Of a stretch of DNA of 64,000 nt, positions 60,462 through 64,000 are shown piece after piece. Position numbers and translations under genes: made by a program. Source of the stretch: Hemiscyllium ocellatum (lineage: Eukaryota); NCBI RefSeq assembly GCF_020745735.1, contig NC_083410.1, positions 39,468,117-39,532,116 of the forward strand. Reading direction: 5' to 3'. Positions within the stretch are counted from its first letter, which is position 1, and every line of letters starts with the position of its first letter. The notes under the pieces are model-generated. The model was not told the origin of the DNA and did not search any database. It saw only the letters and a program-made list of their open reading frames with translations.

Positions 60462-61537
60462 CTATTTCAAATTGTAAAGAAAGTAGTAAATTTCAGCACA
60501 GGTGTCAATTACAAGTATAAACTGATGAAATTCACTTCTTGAAACTTTGATGGGAAAGAATATGAAATGTTATTTTCCCGTAGGATTGGGAGCTATCTGC
60601 TATTTCAACCTCATTTTATGTTGCACTTGTATATTATTAATCTTATTTGGTACAGGTTTCCACAGTATAGCTATTAGAGGGTTAAGTCTAAAACTATGTG
60701 ACAGGTTAATGAAATTGTATGTGCATCACTTCCTGTGATGATAATGTCACACTACTTCGCTGTCTCTTGCAACTCAGAGGGAGATGAAGCCAGACTTAAG
60801 ATACTTAAAAACTTTAGGCCTAGAAATTCCTAATAGGGTTAGAAACACCATTCTCAAGAGTGATTAGATAAATTTTCCTGGGCAGAGGCCTCCGTTTAGG
60901 AACTGAACCAGGAATCCTCAAATCCAGCAGTGGAGAACGTTATTGTAGAAACCACACTCTCTTTTACACACTGAGTGCAGTACTCTTCAAAGTAAATGTC
61001 AAGCAGATGCTGACAGCTACAGTGAATGGGCATGTACATAATGTAAGTGAAGGGGTTAGGATGGTAGGCTAGTGAAGGGTTAGAAAGGCAGGGGAGTACT
61101 GTGCAAAGAATCTGAGTCAGTCATGGAGTATGATCCAGCAAAAGGATGCATATAGACTTGGGTGACAAAGATGTTAGTGTCACTGCAAGGCACATGGGGC
61201 GGTAGGTATTCATTATACAGCCAAAAGTGCTAAGATCTATTTTGGCTCCTGCTTGAAGTCTCTACCATCACATAATATCAAAAAATAGTTGAATGTACTG
61301 GATACTACAAAGACGATTCTATTAGATAACAAATCCACAATTGTATGGCAGAGGGGTGGTCCATAACACGCCACGTCACAAGTCACGATGTCTTAGTGTT
61401 GCTACAACAATGCCATCTAGCTGATTTCGCAGCAAATTCTCCAACTATATGCAGTGCATAAAATGCAGGTTAAATCTAACATGGCTAATTATTGCCATAT
61501 CAGTTTACTTTCTATCATTAGCAAAGTTTTGGAGAAG

Positions 61538-62141
61538 TGCAGACCACATCATCTATTGCATCCGCTGCACCCGATGTGGCCTCCTCTACATTGGGGAGAC
61601 GGGCCGCTTACTTGCGGAACGCTTCAGAGAACACCTCAGGGACGCCCGGACCAACCAACCCAACCACCCCGTGGCTCAACACTTTAACTCTCCCTCCCAA
61701 TCCACCGAGGACATGCAGGTCCTTGGACTCCTCCACCGGCAGAACACAACAACACGACGGCTGGAGGAAGAGCGCCTCATCTTCCGCCTGGGAACCCTCC
61801 AACCACAAGGGATGAACTCAGATTTCTCCAGTTTCCTCATTTCCCCTCCCCCCACCTTGTCTCAGTCGGTTCCCTCAACTCAGCACCGCCCTCCTAACCT
61901 GCAATCTTCTTCCTAACCTCTCCGCCCCCACCCCACTCCGGCCTATCACCCTCACCTTGACCTCCTTCCACCTATCACATCTCCATCGCCCCTCCCCCAA
62001 GTCCCTCCTCCCTACCTTTTATCTTAGCCTGCCTGGCACCCTCTCCTCATTCCTGATGAAGGGCTTATGCCCGAAACGTCGAATTTCCTATTCCTTGGAT
62101 GCTGCCTGACCTGCTGTGCTTTAACCAGCAACACATTTTCA
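61538..62141 (+). mobile_element. Young 5'-truncated Penelope-like element (family C): GIY-YIG endonuclease and 3' end
   Basis: IIYCIRCTRCGLLYIGETGRLLAERFREH...VAQHFN...RRLEEERLIFRLGTLQPQGMN; CpG-rich. Confidence 0.92.
62049..62084 (+). ncRNA. Minimal hammerhead ribozyme motif (family C, intact)
   Basis: AUUC CUGAUGA A GGGC UUAU GCCC GAAA CGUC GAAU; predicted cleavage after GUC (62080). Confidence 0.8.
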
Positions 62142-64000
62142 ACACTTACAAAAGAACAACCTACTCATTAATACTCAGTTGCATTCCAGTTTCTGACCTC
62201 ATTACAGACTTTGTCCAAACATAGTTAAAGAGCTCAACTTCAGAGGTGAAGTCAGGCTGATTGCCTTTCACACTGAGGCAACATTTGACCATCATTTAAG
62301 CAAAACTGTAGTCAATGGTGATCAGAGCAAAATCTTTGCTGGCTGTCGTCATACCTAACATAAAATGTTATGGGTTGCTGAAGGTCAATCATCTTAGTCC
62401 AATGACATTACTGTAGCAGTTGTACAGGATAGTGTCCTGGATCCAACCATTTTCCTGTTTCCTTCATGACTATCTCCTATCATCAAGTCAAAGGTAGGGA
62501 TGCTCAATGTACATGTAGAGCACTACTCACAACTCAGCAAGTACTAAAGCAGTCCATATCTAAATGCAGGAAGATCTGGAGAACATCCAGACTTGCAATG
62601 ATAAGTGGCAAGTAACACTTTTGCCTCACAAATACCAGGCAATGACTATCTCCAACAAGACAGAAGCCTTGACATTCAGTGACATTACCACACGGAATCC
62701 CCCAATCTCTTCGTCCCAGATACTATCATCTAATATGGTCTAAAATAATCCCTTAGATCTAATGGAATGAGGATCCAGGTGATGGATATATTAATAAATT
62801 CATTGGGTTAGAATCGGTTGCATGAATATGGGAGCTAGTATTTAGTGATGGGTGTTTCATGGAGCATAGCCATCTGAAATAAAATTCTAACACATTGTTT
62901 AAGTGCAGTCCTCTTTCTGAGTATAACACTGGAAATTACAATTACCAGAATCTGAGCTGGACTAAATACTGTGGCTACAAGAACAGGTCAGAGACTAGTA
63001 ATTCTGCAGCAAGTGACTCAGCCTCTATCTCCAGAGTACTTGTCCACAAATCATGAGCATAATGGAATACCCTCCACTTGCCAGGCTGAGGAGTAACACA
63101 TGCATGAATCTGGACACCATTAGGGCAAAGCAGCCTACAAAATTATCACCCTATTCATAACCTTCAACATTCACTTACATCATCAAAGCACAGATGCACT
63201 GCAGTAGCTCAGCAAGACTCCTTCAACAGCAACTTCCAAACCAATGACCTCTACGGCTTCAAAGTACAAAGGCAGAGATGCATGAAAACACCATAACTTT
63301 CATTTCCTTTCGAAGTTACATACAACCCCTGACCTGGAAGACCTTATATCCCAAGAGCTGCATTGATTCAAGGCGACAGCTCATCATACTTTGCCCAGTG
63401 TATGAGAAATGGGCAATAAATACTGGTATAGCTATAGATTCCCACATCCCATGAATGAATTAGAGAAAAAAAAGCTCTTTGATGCCACACACAAATCAAA
63501 TGTTGTCTTGACGATCAAGGGCACTTATACTTTATTTCTGGAAATCAGTTAATTTGTTCATTCTGAAGCTAACCAATTATAGCAGAATTGAAATTCAGCA
63601 TTGAGCAATGGATTACGGGTGAGTAAATGCTGCTTGATAATGCTGTCAATTAATCCTTCCTTCACTGATGGGGTAATAATCATAGATAGAAATAGCGAAA
63701 GACCATAAGATCTGAAGAGTAGTGAAGACAAAAAAAAATTCCGACAAAGAATCACAGCCGAAATCTTCTAAGAACAAGGTCACCATTGCAGCCAAGTAGA
63801 CAGGTGCTGTGTGGCAATACCTTGCAGAAATCCTGACCCAGCTAGTTCTATGGCAATTACTCTTGAAGCTGGAAACATGCTCCAAACAAAAATACCAACA
63901 CCGATTTAGAGTTGAAGATGTGAAATTATTCTGATTTAGCTTAAGAGATTCCCAGGAAAGATTCAAGGAATGAATACATATTCAATTCCAGGGGTAACTA

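Larger units (their letters stand above)
61270..63470 (+). mobile_element. Old CR1-like LINE in a UBR2 intron, interrupted by a PLE
   Basis: ANYCHISLLSIISKVLE (NYRPISL-type motif) at ~61480-61535, VVQDSVLDP remnant ~62420 and a tail ending cccacatcccatgaatgaat. Confidence 0.7.

Noticed and set aside
59956-60790. Possible snoRNA in UBR2 introns
   Set aside because: No properly paired C/D boxes or H/ACA hairpins on the UBR2 strand; the GTGATGA at ~60735 is antisense.
1-64000. CRISPR arrays, rRNA or prokaryotic operons
   Set aside because: No spaced direct-repeat arrays or rRNA signatures; the sequence is intron-containing vertebrate DNA.

Overview
Eukaryotic vertebrate genomic DNA, most likely from a shark/elasmobranch (HE1-type tRNA SINEs with (TCTAA)n tails; abundant CR1, L2, L1 and Penelope-like elements). 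Three protein-coding genes can be read directly: intronless TBCC (+, 15675-16721), three-exon PRPH2 (+, 33726-34306, 35080-35326, 42657-42881; 350 aa) and the last three coding exons of UBR2 (-, 60291-60461, 59854-59955, 59174-59315) with a long 3' UTR. A CpG-retaining promoter region with a well-spliced non-coding exon at the left end (-) is probably the 5' end of BICRAL, an inference from the human BICRAL-TBCC-PRPH2-UBR2 gene order. The rest is mostly retroelements, often nested. The most interesting signals lie outside the ORF track. (1) Minimal hammerhead ribozyme motifs occur in at least three distinct Penelope-like families, including 90-155 bp mini-elements made of little more than ribozyme plus tail with perfect target-site duplications, and a fold-back element with a ribozyme in each arm. 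(2) A complete ORF1-only, HAL1-like L1 derivative with poly(A) and TSD sits inside that fold-back, which itself sits inside a full-length L1. (3) A ~0.7 kb non-coding bipartite retroelement has a YY1-type head and a stem-loop LINE tail. Repeat family names are pattern-based, and boundaries of old repeats are approximate.
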